From contig CBDCWI010000001.1 in NCBI GenBank assembly GCA_965223325.1, positions 1,952,001 to 2,016,000 on the forward strand: DNA of 64,000 bases. Reading direction: 5' to 3'. The notes under the pieces were generated by a model. That model worked only from the letters and a program-made list of their open reading frames with translations, did not search any database and was not told the DNA's origin. This DNA is from Candidatus Multivoradales bacterium. GTDB taxonomy: Bacteria; Acidobacteriota; Thermoanaerobaculia; Multivoradales; Multivoraceae. The translations under genes and the position numbers were made by a program. This document shows, one piece after another, positions 47,682 through 57,013 of this stretch. Position 1 is the stretch's first letter. Every line of letters begins with the position of its first letter.

Positions 47682-48044
47682 ATGGCCGGACCCGCCCTGC
47701 ACACGTTCAACGTTCACTGTCTGGGGTCACCAACACTGGCGGCAGCTGAAACCCATGCGGAGCTGCCGGAGGACCCGGCGTCGCTCGGCCTTGCGGCTCT
47801 GGCAGAGTCACGACTCTCGATCGAAGTGTTCTCGGAGGTGCTCGGCGAGACCATTCTTCTGGTTGGCAACGGGGTCGAATACCCGGCCGACGAGCAGCGG
47901 GTCGTCTACCGCTCTGACGAGCTCGAGATGCTGCTGGAACTCGATCGGCCACAGGTCGTGCGCCTTCATCAACTCAAGAAGCTCTTCCGGGGCACTCTCT
48001 TCGCCGGTTCAGCGTTCGGAGAAACCGTCACTGTGCAGGGCTAA
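47682..48044 (+). CDS. Hypothetical protein
   Basis: 120 aa ORF with GAGGAG RBS and coding-like composition. Confidence 0.6.
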   Translation: MAGPALHTFNVHCLGSPTLAAAETHAELPEDPASLGLAALAESRLSIEVFSEVLGETILLVGNGVEYPADEQRVVYRSDELEMLLELDRPQVVRLHQLKKLFRGTLFAGSAFGETVTVQG

Positions 48045-48154
48045 GTGCTGCCAACGCTTCGGTTTAGCACCAATCGTCGATACAGTTCCCGGGTCAGGAG
48101 TGGCATGGCCTGGTGGCCGGTGCCCCTATCTTCCGAGCCCGCAAGGGGACAGAG

Positions 48155-48454
48155 ATGATCGTCGTATCCGGAACCATCGCCATCGACCCGATCGACAGTG
48201 AGGTGGCGCAGGCGGCCGCCCGCGCCATTGCCGAGGCTACCCGGCAAGAAGAAGGCTGCCTGAGCTACGCCTTCTACTCTGATCTAGAGCGGCCGGGCGT
48301 CTATCGGGTGTTCGAGGAGTGGGAAAGCCTGGCGGCCCTCCAGAACCACTTCGAAACCGAACACATGAAGGCGTTTCGAGAAGTCCTCGCTGCAGTCAAG
48401 GTGCTCAGCCGCGACATCAAGCGCTATGAGGTCACCGAGATCGCACCGCTCTAG
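48155..48454 (+). CDS. ABM family (putative quinol monooxygenase) protein
   Basis: TRQEEGCLSY, FEEWES..AL..HF...HM. Confidence 0.88.
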   Translation: MIVVSGTIAIDPIDSEVAQAAARAIAEATRQEEGCLSYAFYSDLERPGVYRVFEEWESLAALQNHFETEHMKAFREVLAAVKVLSRDIKRYEVTEIAPL

Positions 48455-48545
48455 ACATGCCTCTAGACATGCCCACTACGTTTCGCGGCCCTTCTGGACC
48501 GCCGCGTCGGGAGCTGGGCCCGCCGCCGCTGGAAACGAGTGAGGC

Positions 48546-48971
48546 CTATTCGCCGTCGGCGGGCGGCGGACGCTTGAGGATGAAGGTCCACTGACCGGTC
48601 TGGGTCTCGTCGCCATCGGTGATCGACCAGGTGGCGGTGTACTCGCCGTCCGGCATGGTGCCCACGACGCGTCCCATCAGGTCGTCCTCACCCATGGTGT
48701 GAATGCCGGTCACTTCGAGGCTTCCATTCGGCCCCTCGAGCAGAAACTCAGAGGCCGCAGGGTCAGGGGCCTTGTCGAACCACACCCGGAGCGCACGGAC
48801 CGGGCGCTCGACGGTGGTGCCGTCGGCGGGCTCGAGCTGCTCGACCTCGACCTTGTCGGCAGCGAGGGAGCCCGCGGCCATCAGCGCGAGGCTGACCAGA
48901 AGGACAGCAACCGACGCTAAACGGCGCGCAGGATGAAAGGTGTTTGAGGGTGAGTACTCGGTGATCTTCAT
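48546..48971 (-). CDS. CopC-like periplasmic protein lacking canonical Cu(II) ligands
   Basis: Signal peptide, EPADG..V....L.VWF, G.Y...W...DG....G..TF pattern. Confidence 0.65.
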   Translation of the reverse strand: MKITEYSPSNTFHPARRLASVAVLLVSLALMAAGSLAADKVEVEQLEPADGTTVERPVRALRVWFDKAPDPAASEFLLEGPNGSLEVTGIHTMGEDDLMGRVVGTMPDGEYTATWSITDGDETQTGQWTFILKRPPPADGE

Positions 48972-49204
48972 GGGTGGGTCTCCAACAAGTCAGGGGATCA
49001 GGTGGGCAGAGAGCGGCTCGGCGAGGCGCTCGCCGTACCTGGAATGATATCGCTCGAACCGCCAATCCCTGCAACCGACGGCGAGCGCGCAACATTCCAA
49101 TGTACGCTGTCTGGCCCGTGACCCAACCCCTACGTCGATGCGCCAGAACCGGCTCTCGATCTCTCTCGAAAGCAGCAGTTGGCGGCCCGAAGGAGGACTG
49201 ACCC

Positions 49205-49480
49205 ATGTGCAGGAACATCCGGACGCTTCACAATTTCGCCCCTCCGGCGACCCCCGAAGAGGTGCGCTCGGCCGCTCTCCAGTACGTTCGCAAGATCAGC
49301 GGCTACCGAAAGCCGTCGATCGCCAACAGCGCCGCCTTCGAAGCCGCCATTCAAGAGGTCACCCAGGCCACCGAGCGCCTGCTTGCTGGCCTGACGGCCA
49401 CGACCCCGCCCAAGAACCGCGAAGAGGAAATCGAGAAGGCGCGGGCACGGTTTCGCAGGCGTCAACAGGCCGGGCGCTGA
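49205..49480 (+). CDS. DUF2277 family protein
   Basis: MCRNIRTLHNFAPPAT.EEV..AALQYVRKISG. Confidence 0.88.
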   Translation: MCRNIRTLHNFAPPATPEEVRSAALQYVRKISGYRKPSIANSAAFEAAIQEVTQATERLLAGLTATTPPKNREEEIEKARARFRRRQQAGR

Positions 49481-49500
49481 CCGCGGCCTTCCCCTTGAGG

Positions 49501-52500
49501 ATGAAACGCCTCCTGGTCGCCAACCGTGGCGAAATCGCGATCCGCATTCTGCGCTCCGCGCGCGAACGAGGGCTCGAGACCTGCACGGTCTACACCTCGG
49601 ACGAGGGCCACGCGGCTCACGTCGACTTCGCCAACGAAGCGATCGAACTCACACAGGCGGGACCGCAAGGCTTCCTCGACATCGAGCAGCTGATCGAGGT
49701 GGCGCGCACGACGGACTGCGATGCTCTTCACCCAGGGTACGGGTTTGCGAGTGAAGACCCAGAGCTGGCAGAGGCCTGTCGGAAGGCGGGAATCGTGTTC
49801 GTGGGCCCCTCCCCGCAAACCCTGGAACAGCTCGGGGACAAACTCGCGGCGCGCACCATCGCTGACCGCCTCGAGATTCCACCCATCCCGGGCGCTCCCA
49901 CCCGAAGCGCCAAAGAGGCCGAGGCGTTCCTGGCCGAGCTACCGGCGGGGAGTGCCGTCGTGATCAAGGCGGTCGCCGGCGGCGGTGGACGAGGAATGAG
50001 GCGGGTCGAAGACCCTCGAACGGTCGAGACCACCTGGGAACGATGCCGCTCCGAGAGCACGTCGGCTTTTGGCCGCGGCGACGTCTACGTCGAGCGCTAT
50101 CTCGAAGGCATGCGCCACATTGAGGTGCAGATCGCGGGCGACCTTCGAGAAGCTGTTTCTCTGGGGACTCGCGATTGCAGCGTGCAACGACGTCACCAGA
50201 AAGTTCTCGAGATCGCTCCCGCGCTCGGCCTGGCGCCGGATCTCGTGGCACGCCTCGAGCACTGGGCCTGTGAGCTGGCCTCTGAGCTCGGCTATCAGAA
50301 CCTCGGCACAGTCGAGTTTCTCGTCGATGGCAGCCGGAACCCAGGAGACGAAGCCTTCTTTCTCGAGGTCAATCCGCGCCTGCAAGTCGAACACACGGTC
50401 ACCGAAGAGGCGACCGGTCTCGACCTGGTCGGTCTGCAGCTGGCGCTCGCTGATGGACAGTCTCTCGAACAGTGCGGCCTTCGTCCTGGCTCGTCGCCAC
50501 CAGTGATCGCCACCGCCCTCCAACTGCGCATCAACGCCGAACGCTACGAACAGAGCGGCGAGGTACGACCGACCGGTGGTCGAATCGACGGGCTGCGTTT
50601 TCCCACCGGACCAGGCATTCGCATTGACACCTACGCAAGACAAGGGGTGTCGACCAGCCCGGCCTTTGACTCGCTGCTCGCGAAACTCGTGGTCTCGCTA
50701 GAGGGCGATGGCCGCGTCGACCCTGAGGTGTGGTCCCGGCTTCTCGAACGAGCACGCGGCGCGCTCGAAGAGACCGAGATCGAAGGCCTGCTGACCAACC
50801 TGCCTGTGCTCGCCAGCATCCTTCGAGAGGCCGACGTGGCAACGCTTCGGTTTCACACCCGCTGGCTCGAAGAGCGCCTGCCGGATCTCCCCCTTGGAAG
50901 CGAGCCGATCGGCCATGCGATCAGGAACCCAGGCAGCGCTGGAGCGGCGGTCGACCCGCGCGATCCACTCGCGGTGTTGGCCTTCGGCAAAGGTGCCATA
51001 GCAGGCGCTCTGCCCGCGACCTCGACGAGGTCCGCGCCCTCCTCGAACGCCGAGGCCGGACCCGACATCGTTCCGGCACCATTGCAGGGAACCATCGTTT
51101 CTCTCGAGGTCGGCCTCGAGGACTCCGTACAAGAGGGTCAGGCAATCCTGGTGCTCGAGTCGATGAAGATGGAACATCTGGTTGCGGCACCCCACGCGGG
51201 GATTGTGCGCGAGTTCCTGGTCGCACCAGGCGACACCATCTACGAAGGACACCCCCTGGCTCGGGTCGAGCCCGCAGACGTTGTGGACACTCTCTCCACT
51301 GCTGACGACGGAGGAGAGGACCCGGGGTTCATTCGTCCCGACCTCGCTGACGCCCTCGCACGCCAGGCCAAGCGCCTCGACGCCGAGCGACCAGAGGCGG
51401 TGGCGCGGCGTCGTAAGACAGGCCAACGCACGGCGCGCGAGAACGTCGAGGATCTGTGCGATCCCGACAGCTTCTTCGAGTACGGCTCCCTGGTGATCGC
51501 CGCCCGTCGCCGGCGGCAGCCCCTTCAGGAACTGATCGACCGCACCCCGGCCGACGGTCTGATCACCGGAGTCGGCACAGTCAACGGCAACCTCTTCGGT
51601 AACGAGAAGGCACGGTGTGCGGTGCTCTCCTACGACTACACAGTGCTTGCCGGTACCCAGGGCAAGAAGAACCACGACAAGAAGGACCGTCTCTTCGAGC
51701 TCGCCGAACGCGAGAGGTTGCCGGTCGTCTTCTTCACCGAGGGCGGCGGCGGGCGCCCAGGAGACACCGACGTCATCGGAGTCGCAGGTCTCGACTGCAT
51801 GGCGTTTCACATCTTTGGCCGATTGAGCGGCCTGGTGCCACTGGTCGGCATCAACTCGGGCCGCTGTTTCGCTGGCAACGCGGCACTACTCGGCTGTTGC
51901 GACGTTGTCATCGCCACTTTGAACTCGAACATCGGCATGGGGGGGCCGGCGATGATCGAAGGTGGCGGGCTGGGTGTCTTTCGCCCCGAAGACATCGGCC
52001 CGATCGACGTCCAGGCCGACAACGGCGTGGTGGACATCGTCGCGCGTGACGAGGCGGAAGCGGTCGCTTTCGCCAAGCAGTACCTGTCGTACTTCCAGGG
52101 ATCGGTCTCGGAGTGGACTGCCCGCGACCAGCGCCTGCTACGGCACGTCATTCCGGAGAACCGTTTGCGCATCTACGAGGTGCGCCGCGTCGTCGAGGGG
52201 CTGGCAGACGAAGGCTCGGTTCTCGAGCTGCGTCAGCGCTTCGGGAAGGGCATGGTCACCGCACTCGCGCGTATCGAAAGCCGACCGATAGGAATCGTCG
52301 CCAACGACCCGGCCCACCTCGCCGGCGCGATCACCTCCGACGGCGCGGACAAGGCGGCTCGTTTTCTCCAACTCTGCGACGCGCACGACCTGCCGGTGCT
52401 GTTTCTGTGTGACACCCCCGGCATCATGGTGGGTCCAGAGGCAGAAAAGACAGCGCTCGTTCGTCACGCGGCGCGCATGTTCGTTGTCGGTGCGAGCATC

Positions 52501-52887
52501 ACCGTGCCCTTCTTTACCGTCGTCTTGCGCAAGAGCTACGGCCTCGGTGCACAGGCGATGGGAGGAGGCAGTTTCAAAGCACCCTTCTTCACCGTTTCCT
52601 GGCCCACCGGTGAGTTCGGCGGCATGGGCCTCGAGGGAGCGGTCAAGCTCGGCTTTCGCAAAGAGCTCGAGGCCATCGAAGACCCCGAAGAACGTCGGGT
52701 CGCCTACGAGCGCATGGTCGCCGAGGCCTACGAACGCGGCTCTGCGATCAACACCGCCAGTCACTTTGAGATCGACGACGTGATCGACCCCGCCGAGACG
52801 CGCTCGCTTCTGGCTCGTGCTCTGCGCGCGACCCCGCCGCCCGCGCCACGCGCCGGTAAGAAGCGCCCTGCCGTCGACACCTGGTGA
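49501..52887 (+). CDS. Single-chain biotin-dependent acyl-CoA carboxylase (BC-BCCP-CT)
   Basis: LVANRGEIA, HPGYGF, GGGGRG, EVNPRLQVEH, ESMKM biotinylation site, two CT subdomains. Start at ATG 49501 behind GAGG. Confidence 0.92.
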   Translation: MKRLLVANRGEIAIRILRSARERGLETCTVYTSDEGHAAHVDFANEAIELTQAGPQGFLDIEQLIEVARTTDCDALHPGYGFASEDPELAEACRKAGIVFVGPSPQTLEQLGDKLAARTIADRLEIPPIPGAPTRSAKEAEAFLAELPAGSAVVIKAVAGGGGRGMRRVEDPRTVETTWERCRSESTSAFGRGDVYVERYLEGMRHIEVQIAGDLREAVSLGTRDCSVQRRHQKVLEIAPALGLAPDLVARLEHWACELASELGYQNLGTVEFLVDGSRNPGDEAFFLEVNPRLQVEHTVTEEATGLDLVGLQLALADGQSLEQCGLRPGSSPPVIATALQLRINAERYEQSGEVRPTGGRIDGLRFPTGPGIRIDTYARQGVSTSPAFDSLLAKLVVSLEGDGRVDPEVWSRLLERARGALEETEIEGLLTNLPVLASILREADVATLRFHTRWLEERLPDLPLGSEPIGHAIRNPGSAGAAVDPRDPLAVLAFGKGAIAGALPATSTRSAPSSNAEAGPDIVPAPLQGTIVSLEVGLEDSVQEGQAILVLESMKMEHLVAAPHAGIVREFLVAPGDTIYEGHPLARVEPADVVDTLSTADDGGEDPGFIRPDLADALARQAKRLDAERPEAVARRRKTGQRTARENVEDLCDPDSFFEYGSLVIAARRRRQPLQELIDRTPADGLITGVGTVNGNLFGNEKARCAVLSYDYTVLAGTQGKKNHDKKDRLFELAERERLPVVFFTEGGGGRPGDTDVIGVAGLDCMAFHIFGRLSGLVPLVGINSGRCFAGNAALLGCCDVVIATLNSNIGMGGPAMIEGGGLGVFRPEDIGPIDVQADNGVVDIVARDEAEAVAFAKQYLSYFQGSVSEWTARDQRLLRHVIPENRLRIYEVRRVVEGLADEGSVLELRQRFGKGMVTALARIESRPIGIVANDPAHLAGAITSDGADKAARFLQLCDAHDLPVLFLCDTPGIMVGPEAEKTALVRHAARMFVVGASITVPFFTVVLRKSYGLGAQAMGGGSFKAPFFTVSWPTGEFGGMGLEGAVKLGFRKELEAIEDPEERRVAYERMVAEAYERGSAINTASHFEIDDVIDPAETRSLLARALRATPPPAPRAGKKRPAVDTW

Positions 52888-54140
52888 CCGAACCCGAGTC
52901 AGCACCGGTGACCACACCGGAACTGCGTGGCGAGTCGCGCAACCCTTTTCGGGCACCTGACTTCTTGTCCTGGTGGCTCGCATCGATCGTTGCTGGCACC
53001 GGCATTGGTATTCAGGCCGTAACGGTACCGATCTTCATTCGTGACCGTGTCGATCTCGAAACGCGGGCGTTGGCGATTGCGGGCGCACTGGTCGCGCAGA
53101 CCCTGCCCGGGGCTTTCCTGGCTTTGGTCGGCGGCGCGGTCGCCGATCGAGTGGAACGGCGGCGGATTCTGGTGCGCACCTTCTCGGCCGCAGCGTTGGT
53201 GTCCGTTGGCTATGTGGTGTTGTCGGGCCTCGAGCTGCCCTTTGTATGGCCGGTGTTTGTTCTCGCCGTGATCGTGGGCGCGGCCGGTGCGTTCACCAAT
53301 CCTGCTCGCCACAGCATGCTGCCGCAGGTGGTCAGCAAAGCGCAGCTGCAGAACGGAATCATTCTCGGGACGATGGGCTACATGGCGACTCTGCAGTTCC
53401 TGGGACCAGCGGCCGGCGGGTTGATCACCGATGGTGCCGGGCTCACCTGGGCCTTCACCGTCGAGGTCGTGCTACTTCTCGCCGCTGCAATCCTCTTTGG
53501 CCGCATCCAGACCGATACACCAACGCCCAGCGGCCGCAACGTCCTGGGTGACCTGGTCGACGGCCTCGACTACGTCCGCCGACAACCGGCTCTCGCGGGC
53601 CTCCTGGCTCTCGGAGCGATTCCTGGCATCTTCTTCATCGGGCCGTTCGCGGTCACCGTTCCGATCATCGTGCCCGACGTTTTCGAGGCCAGCGACAAGT
53701 GGGTCGGGCTTCTGTGGGGCGCCTTCGGCGGCGGTGTGTTCATCGGCTCGACCCTCTTGTCGATCCGCCCCATGCCACGCCGTGGTCTCGCGGTGTGCCT
53801 CTCGACGATAGGCGGCGGCATCATGCTGTCGATCTATTCCTTCACTCAGACCCTGCCGATGGCCCTCTTCGTACTCACGCTCTGGGGATTGAACGCCGCT
53901 GTGTTCATCAACTTCGTCGTCGCCCTTCTCCAGGAAAACACGAAAGATCGCATGATGGGACGCGTGATGAGTATGTACTCACTGGTGTTCTTCATCTCGA
54001 TGCCCATCGGCTACGGACTCGCCGGTGTGCTCACCACGCGCTTTGGAATCCAGACGACCCTGCTGGCCAGCGGATGTGCGGCTGGGGTCTGTGGCCTGAT
54101 CGCGGTCACCACATTGCGTACTGTTCGAGCCCTGCGCTAG
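52884..54140 (+). CDS. MFS transporter
   Basis: GGAVADRVERRR motif A, about 12 TM, MMGRVMS. Confidence 0.9.
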   Translation: MTEPESAPVTTPELRGESRNPFRAPDFLSWWLASIVAGTGIGIQAVTVPIFIRDRVDLETRALAIAGALVAQTLPGAFLALVGGAVADRVERRRILVRTFSAAALVSVGYVVLSGLELPFVWPVFVLAVIVGAAGAFTNPARHSMLPQVVSKAQLQNGIILGTMGYMATLQFLGPAAGGLITDGAGLTWAFTVEVVLLLAAAILFGRIQTDTPTPSGRNVLGDLVDGLDYVRRQPALAGLLALGAIPGIFFIGPFAVTVPIIVPDVFEASDKWVGLLWGAFGGGVFIGSTLLSIRPMPRRGLAVCLSTIGGGIMLSIYSFTQTLPMALFVLTLWGLNAAVFINFVVALLQENTKDRMMGRVMSMYSLVFFISMPIGYGLAGVLTTRFGIQTTLLASGCAAGVCGLIAVTTLRTVRALR

Positions 54141-54168
54141 ATTCGAACGACCCTTCCTGGAGCCGAGA

Positions 54169-54498
54169 ATGAAAGTCGACTGGTACTACCACCGCAACGG
54201 TTGAACAGGTTGCGAGAGAGCGGCCAAGTTCATGGCTGCACGCAACATTGAGATCACTGAGCAGGTTCCGGCGAGCAGAAAACTGGGCGAGAAAGAAGCG
54301 CGCGAACTCATCAAAGGCGCTCGAGCGATCCTGGTCTCGAAAGGCCGCAAGCAGGAGAGCTGGAAAGGCGGGCGTGCCACGAGAGACGTCGTTGCCGCCT
54401 TCCTCGGTTCAACCGGCAACCTGCGCGCTCCAACCGTGAAGTCTGGCAGCACGGTCCTCGTTGGCTGGAACGAAGACGTCTGGAAAAAAGTCTTCTAG
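54169..54498 (+). CDS. ArsC/Spx-like thioredoxin-fold selenoprotein (UxxC, Sec at TGA 54202)
   Basis: ATG 54169 behind GGAG reads MKVDWYYHRNG-TGA-TGCERA in frame with the 54232 ORF. Later GNLRAPT...VLVGWN is typical of the ArsC-like fold. Confidence 0.82.
54202..54232 (+). promoter_or_regulatory. Bacterial SECIS-like hairpin
   Basis: TGAAC-A-GGTTGC-GAGAGA-GCGGCC-AA-GTTCA: lower and upper stems with an apical loop starting with G, directly at the UGA. Confidence 0.65.
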
Positions 54499-54589
54499 CG
54501 AGGGGCGTGGTTGTCTCCGCTTTCTCCTGCTAGGAGCGTGCCTCTGGGTTGAGGTGATCTCGGGCGTTCATACCACGCCCCTCGCTAGA
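54494..54589. mobile_element. 96-bp element bounded by perfect 18-bp inverted repeats
   Basis: TCTAGCGAGGGGCGTGGT (54494-54511) and ACCACGCCCCTCGCTAGA (54572-54589). The left end contains the selenoprotein TAG. Confidence 0.6.
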
Positions 54590-55105
54590 GTCACATCTGC
54601 GGCGCAAGCGCTCAGGCGAGCGACCCTCGGTCCACCGCGCTCGCCCTGCACACGCAACCACGGACTGCCAAGGCAGGGCGCGCGCCGCGGATTCCGGGCT
54701 TCGATGGAGCTTCGTCCTGAAGCGTGCTCCTCCTTCTAGGAGCGTGCCTCTGGGTTGAGGTGATCTCGGGCGTTCATACCACGCCCCTCGCTAGAGTCAC
54801 ATCTGCGGCGCAAGCGCTCAGGCGAGCGACCCTCGGTCCACCGCGCTCGCCCTGCACACGCAACCACGGACTGCCAAGGCAGGGCGCGCGCCGCGGATTC
54901 CGGGCTTCGATGGAGCTTCGTCCTGAAGCGTGTTCCTCCTGCTAGGAGCGTGCCTCTGGGTTGAGGTGATCTCGGGCGTTCATACCACGCCCCTCGCTAG
55001 AGTCACATCTGCGGCGCAAGCGCTCAGGCGAGCGACCCTCGGTCCACCGCGCTCGCCCTGCACACGCAACCACGGACTGCCAAGGCAGGGCGCGCGCCGC
55101 GGATT
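54524..55105. repeat. Tandem direct repeat, 206-bp unit, about 2.8 copies
   Basis: CTAGGAGCGTGCCTCTGGG recurs at 54530, 54736 and 54942. The units differ only near the junctions. Confidence 0.95.
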
Positions 55106-55202
55106 GGTGCTGCTATCAAAGGATCGTTTCCGGGTCGGGACTGCCTCCTCGACCCGGACTTGAAGTGTGGCTCGAGAAACCAGACCTTCCAGGTCCGGGC
55201 AT

Positions 55203-55613
55203 TCAACGGCGGCGAGCGGGCGAGACGCTCCCGTCCGCGCCGACGCTGAAGACCATGGCTCCGAGGCCGCGACCGGACACCACCAGGGTGTAGCTCTTGC
55301 CGGTTTCGAGCGGCTCGGGCGCATCGACGTCGATAAACCCCTCTGGGGCGTGACCGTAGCGAATCGGTTCGCGCACAACGGGTAGACCGAAGGGCTCGGC
55401 GCGGGCGTGCCAGACGAGTTCTTCAGCCTCGTTGAACAGCTCGATGGTGTGGAAACGCGGCGCGTCGGGGTGCTTCTTCTCGACCACCGCGAAGCTCGGC
55501 GATGGCAAGGCCTCGCTGGCGGTTGCCAACGAGACATCGAGGCGCGGGCGGCACGCCGGCAGGGCAACGGCGATTACAACGATCGCGAGGAGAACCAGGC
55601 GACGTAGATTCAA
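55203..55613 (-). CDS. Small lipoprotein, hypothetical
   Basis: MNLRRLVLLAIVVIAVALPAC lipobox; start overlaps the upstream stop. Confidence 0.7.
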   Translation of the reverse strand: MNLRRLVLLAIVVIAVALPACRPRLDVSLATASEALPSPSFAVVEKKHPDAPRFHTIELFNEAEELVWHARAEPFGLPVVREPIRYGHAPEGFIDVDAPEPLETGKSYTLVVSGRGLGAMVFSVGADGSVSPARRR

Positions 55614-56596
55614 GGAGCGCCCTCGCCTGCACGCACCGCCGCGACCACGCTGGTTGCGTAGGCGTTGAGGTTGCGACCGTTGAAACTGAAGGTCCCGTGG
55701 GTGGAGCTGTTCGGGTCGAAGTAGCCGGACTGGAAGAGATCCTCCATGAACTCTGCCTGCTGCTCAGGCTCCAGGTCCGCCCAGGGCGTCGTCGGAACAC
55801 TCTGCTCCCAATCGTATCCCTTACCCCAGTTCTGTGACACCAGGGCTTCGCGCATGTAGTCGGTACCGCCGTTTTGATGCTGCCAAACGTGCGCCATCTC
55901 ATGAACCAGCAGGCCATCTGATGGGTTGTCGTTGATCAGGTAGATGGTGTCGCCCATCGCGAAGTTCGACTTGCCGAGACCGAAGATACCGGCGCGGCCT
56001 TCTTTGATGCGCACTTTGTCGTAGTCGATGCTGTCGCCATAGACAGAGCGCAGCATCGCAACCTCATCGGCTGCGAGTTCGCGCCCCGCAGTCTCGATAC
56101 CAAACAGCGTCTGGATCGCTGAGACCCCCTTGCCGGTAGACACGAGAATCGCATCGGCAGCGGTTCCCAAAGTTGCGTCGAGAAAACCCAGGGCGATGTC
56201 TTTTGCACCGGCACCGAACTCACCGCGGAACATGCGAGCGAAGCCACGGCCCATACGCTTCGTGCCTTCGGCGATGTTCTTCCAGGCGCCGGTGAGGGTG
56301 TTCTCCACTGCCTGGTAGGCGCTGCGCGCGGCACCGCCGATCGCACGGCCGATTCGCTTCCAAAGGCCGCCCTTGGGCTTTCCGGCTGCCTTTGTCTGGC
56401 CAGGCGGGGCGACGGGCATCGACGGGCCACCGCGCGTGCCAGCGGCCAAGTCAGAAAGACTGCGTTTGGTCTCGGTACGAACGACCTCGTCTCCGGAGCT
56501 GGTGCCGGTTGGGGTGGTCGACGGTGCCACCCCCGCCGATGGCTGGCTGGGGGTGAACTGCGGCGAGCTGGTTGGGCGATAGGAGACTGTGGTCAT
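55610..56596 (-). CDS. HExxH zinc metallopeptidase-domain protein (DUF4157-like) with disordered N-terminus
   Basis: R.L...E...LRSVYGDSIDYDKVRI, GDTIY, LLVHEMAHVWQ, EQQA. Start MTTVS (56596) behind GAGG. Confidence 0.75.
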   Translation of the reverse strand: MTTVSYRPTSSPQFTPSQPSAGVAPSTTPTGTSSGDEVVRTETKRSLSDLAAGTRGGPSMPVAPPGQTKAAGKPKGGLWKRIGRAIGGAARSAYQAVENTLTGAWKNIAEGTKRMGRGFARMFRGEFGAGAKDIALGFLDATLGTAADAILVSTGKGVSAIQTLFGIETAGRELAADEVAMLRSVYGDSIDYDKVRIKEGRAGIFGLGKSNFAMGDTIYLINDNPSDGLLVHEMAHVWQHQNGGTDYMREALVSQNWGKGYDWEQSVPTTPWADLEPEQQAEFMEDLFQSGYFDPNSSTHGTFSFNGRNLNAYATSVVAAVRAGEGAP

Positions 56597-56752
56597 GGGC
56601 TTTGAGGATCCCTCGAGAAGATGGTAGAGCCACCGCGGGGTGAGCGGCGGTAGAGAATCGCGTCTCTTTCTGAGGAGTCCACGCAGCACTCGTTTTCACC
56701 TGCGGCGACCCCACCCTCCCTGAAACCTCGCAAACGCCTCTAGTGCCTGGGC

Positions 56753-57004
56753 CTATTCCGGAGGTCGCCCCTCCAGCTGCGGTTCGTTTTCTGCGGCCCT
56801 AAGACGTCGATCCCAGAGCCTCTTCCCGATCGCCAAGAGCAAAACGGCAGTAAAGAGGAGCGACGGGAGCCGCATGTCGGGCACGTTCGACCCCAGCGCC
56901 TGCTGCATGGTCTTGTGCGCCGGATGCGACTGGATCGAAGGGTGTAGCGGATCACTCGGCTCGGCCGGCTCCTTCGATCCTCCAGACTGGGCGACGAACA
57001 CCAT
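56753..57004 (-). CDS. Small hypothetical membrane protein
   Basis: 83 aa with one hydrophobic segment; fills the gap after the NMO gene. Confidence 0.35.
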   Translation of the reverse strand: MVFVAQSGGSKEPAEPSDPLHPSIQSHPAHKTMQQALGSNVPDMRLPSLLFTAVLLLAIGKRLWDRRLRAAENEPQLEGRPPE

Positions 57005-57013
57005 CGCCTGAGC

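Noticed and set aside
49138-49500. N-terminal extension of the carboxylase (1249-aa call)
   Set aside because: It overlaps the DUF2277 gene in another frame. The BC domain starts at MKRLLVANRGE (49501).
54202-54204. Genome-wide TGA-to-Trp/Gly recoding
   Set aside because: Many genes here end in TGA with ATGA or TGATG coupling, so TGA is a normal stop. Only this site has a CxxC context and a hairpin.
54524-55105. CRISPR array
   Set aside because: The units are 206 bp and nearly identical throughout, with no unique spacers and no cas genes.
54461-55163. Three repeated short ORFs (LLLGACLWVEVISG...) as a peptide or toxin array
   Set aside because: They are by-products of the DNA repeat. The unit length is not a multiple of 3, the starts are inconsistent and there is no RBS.
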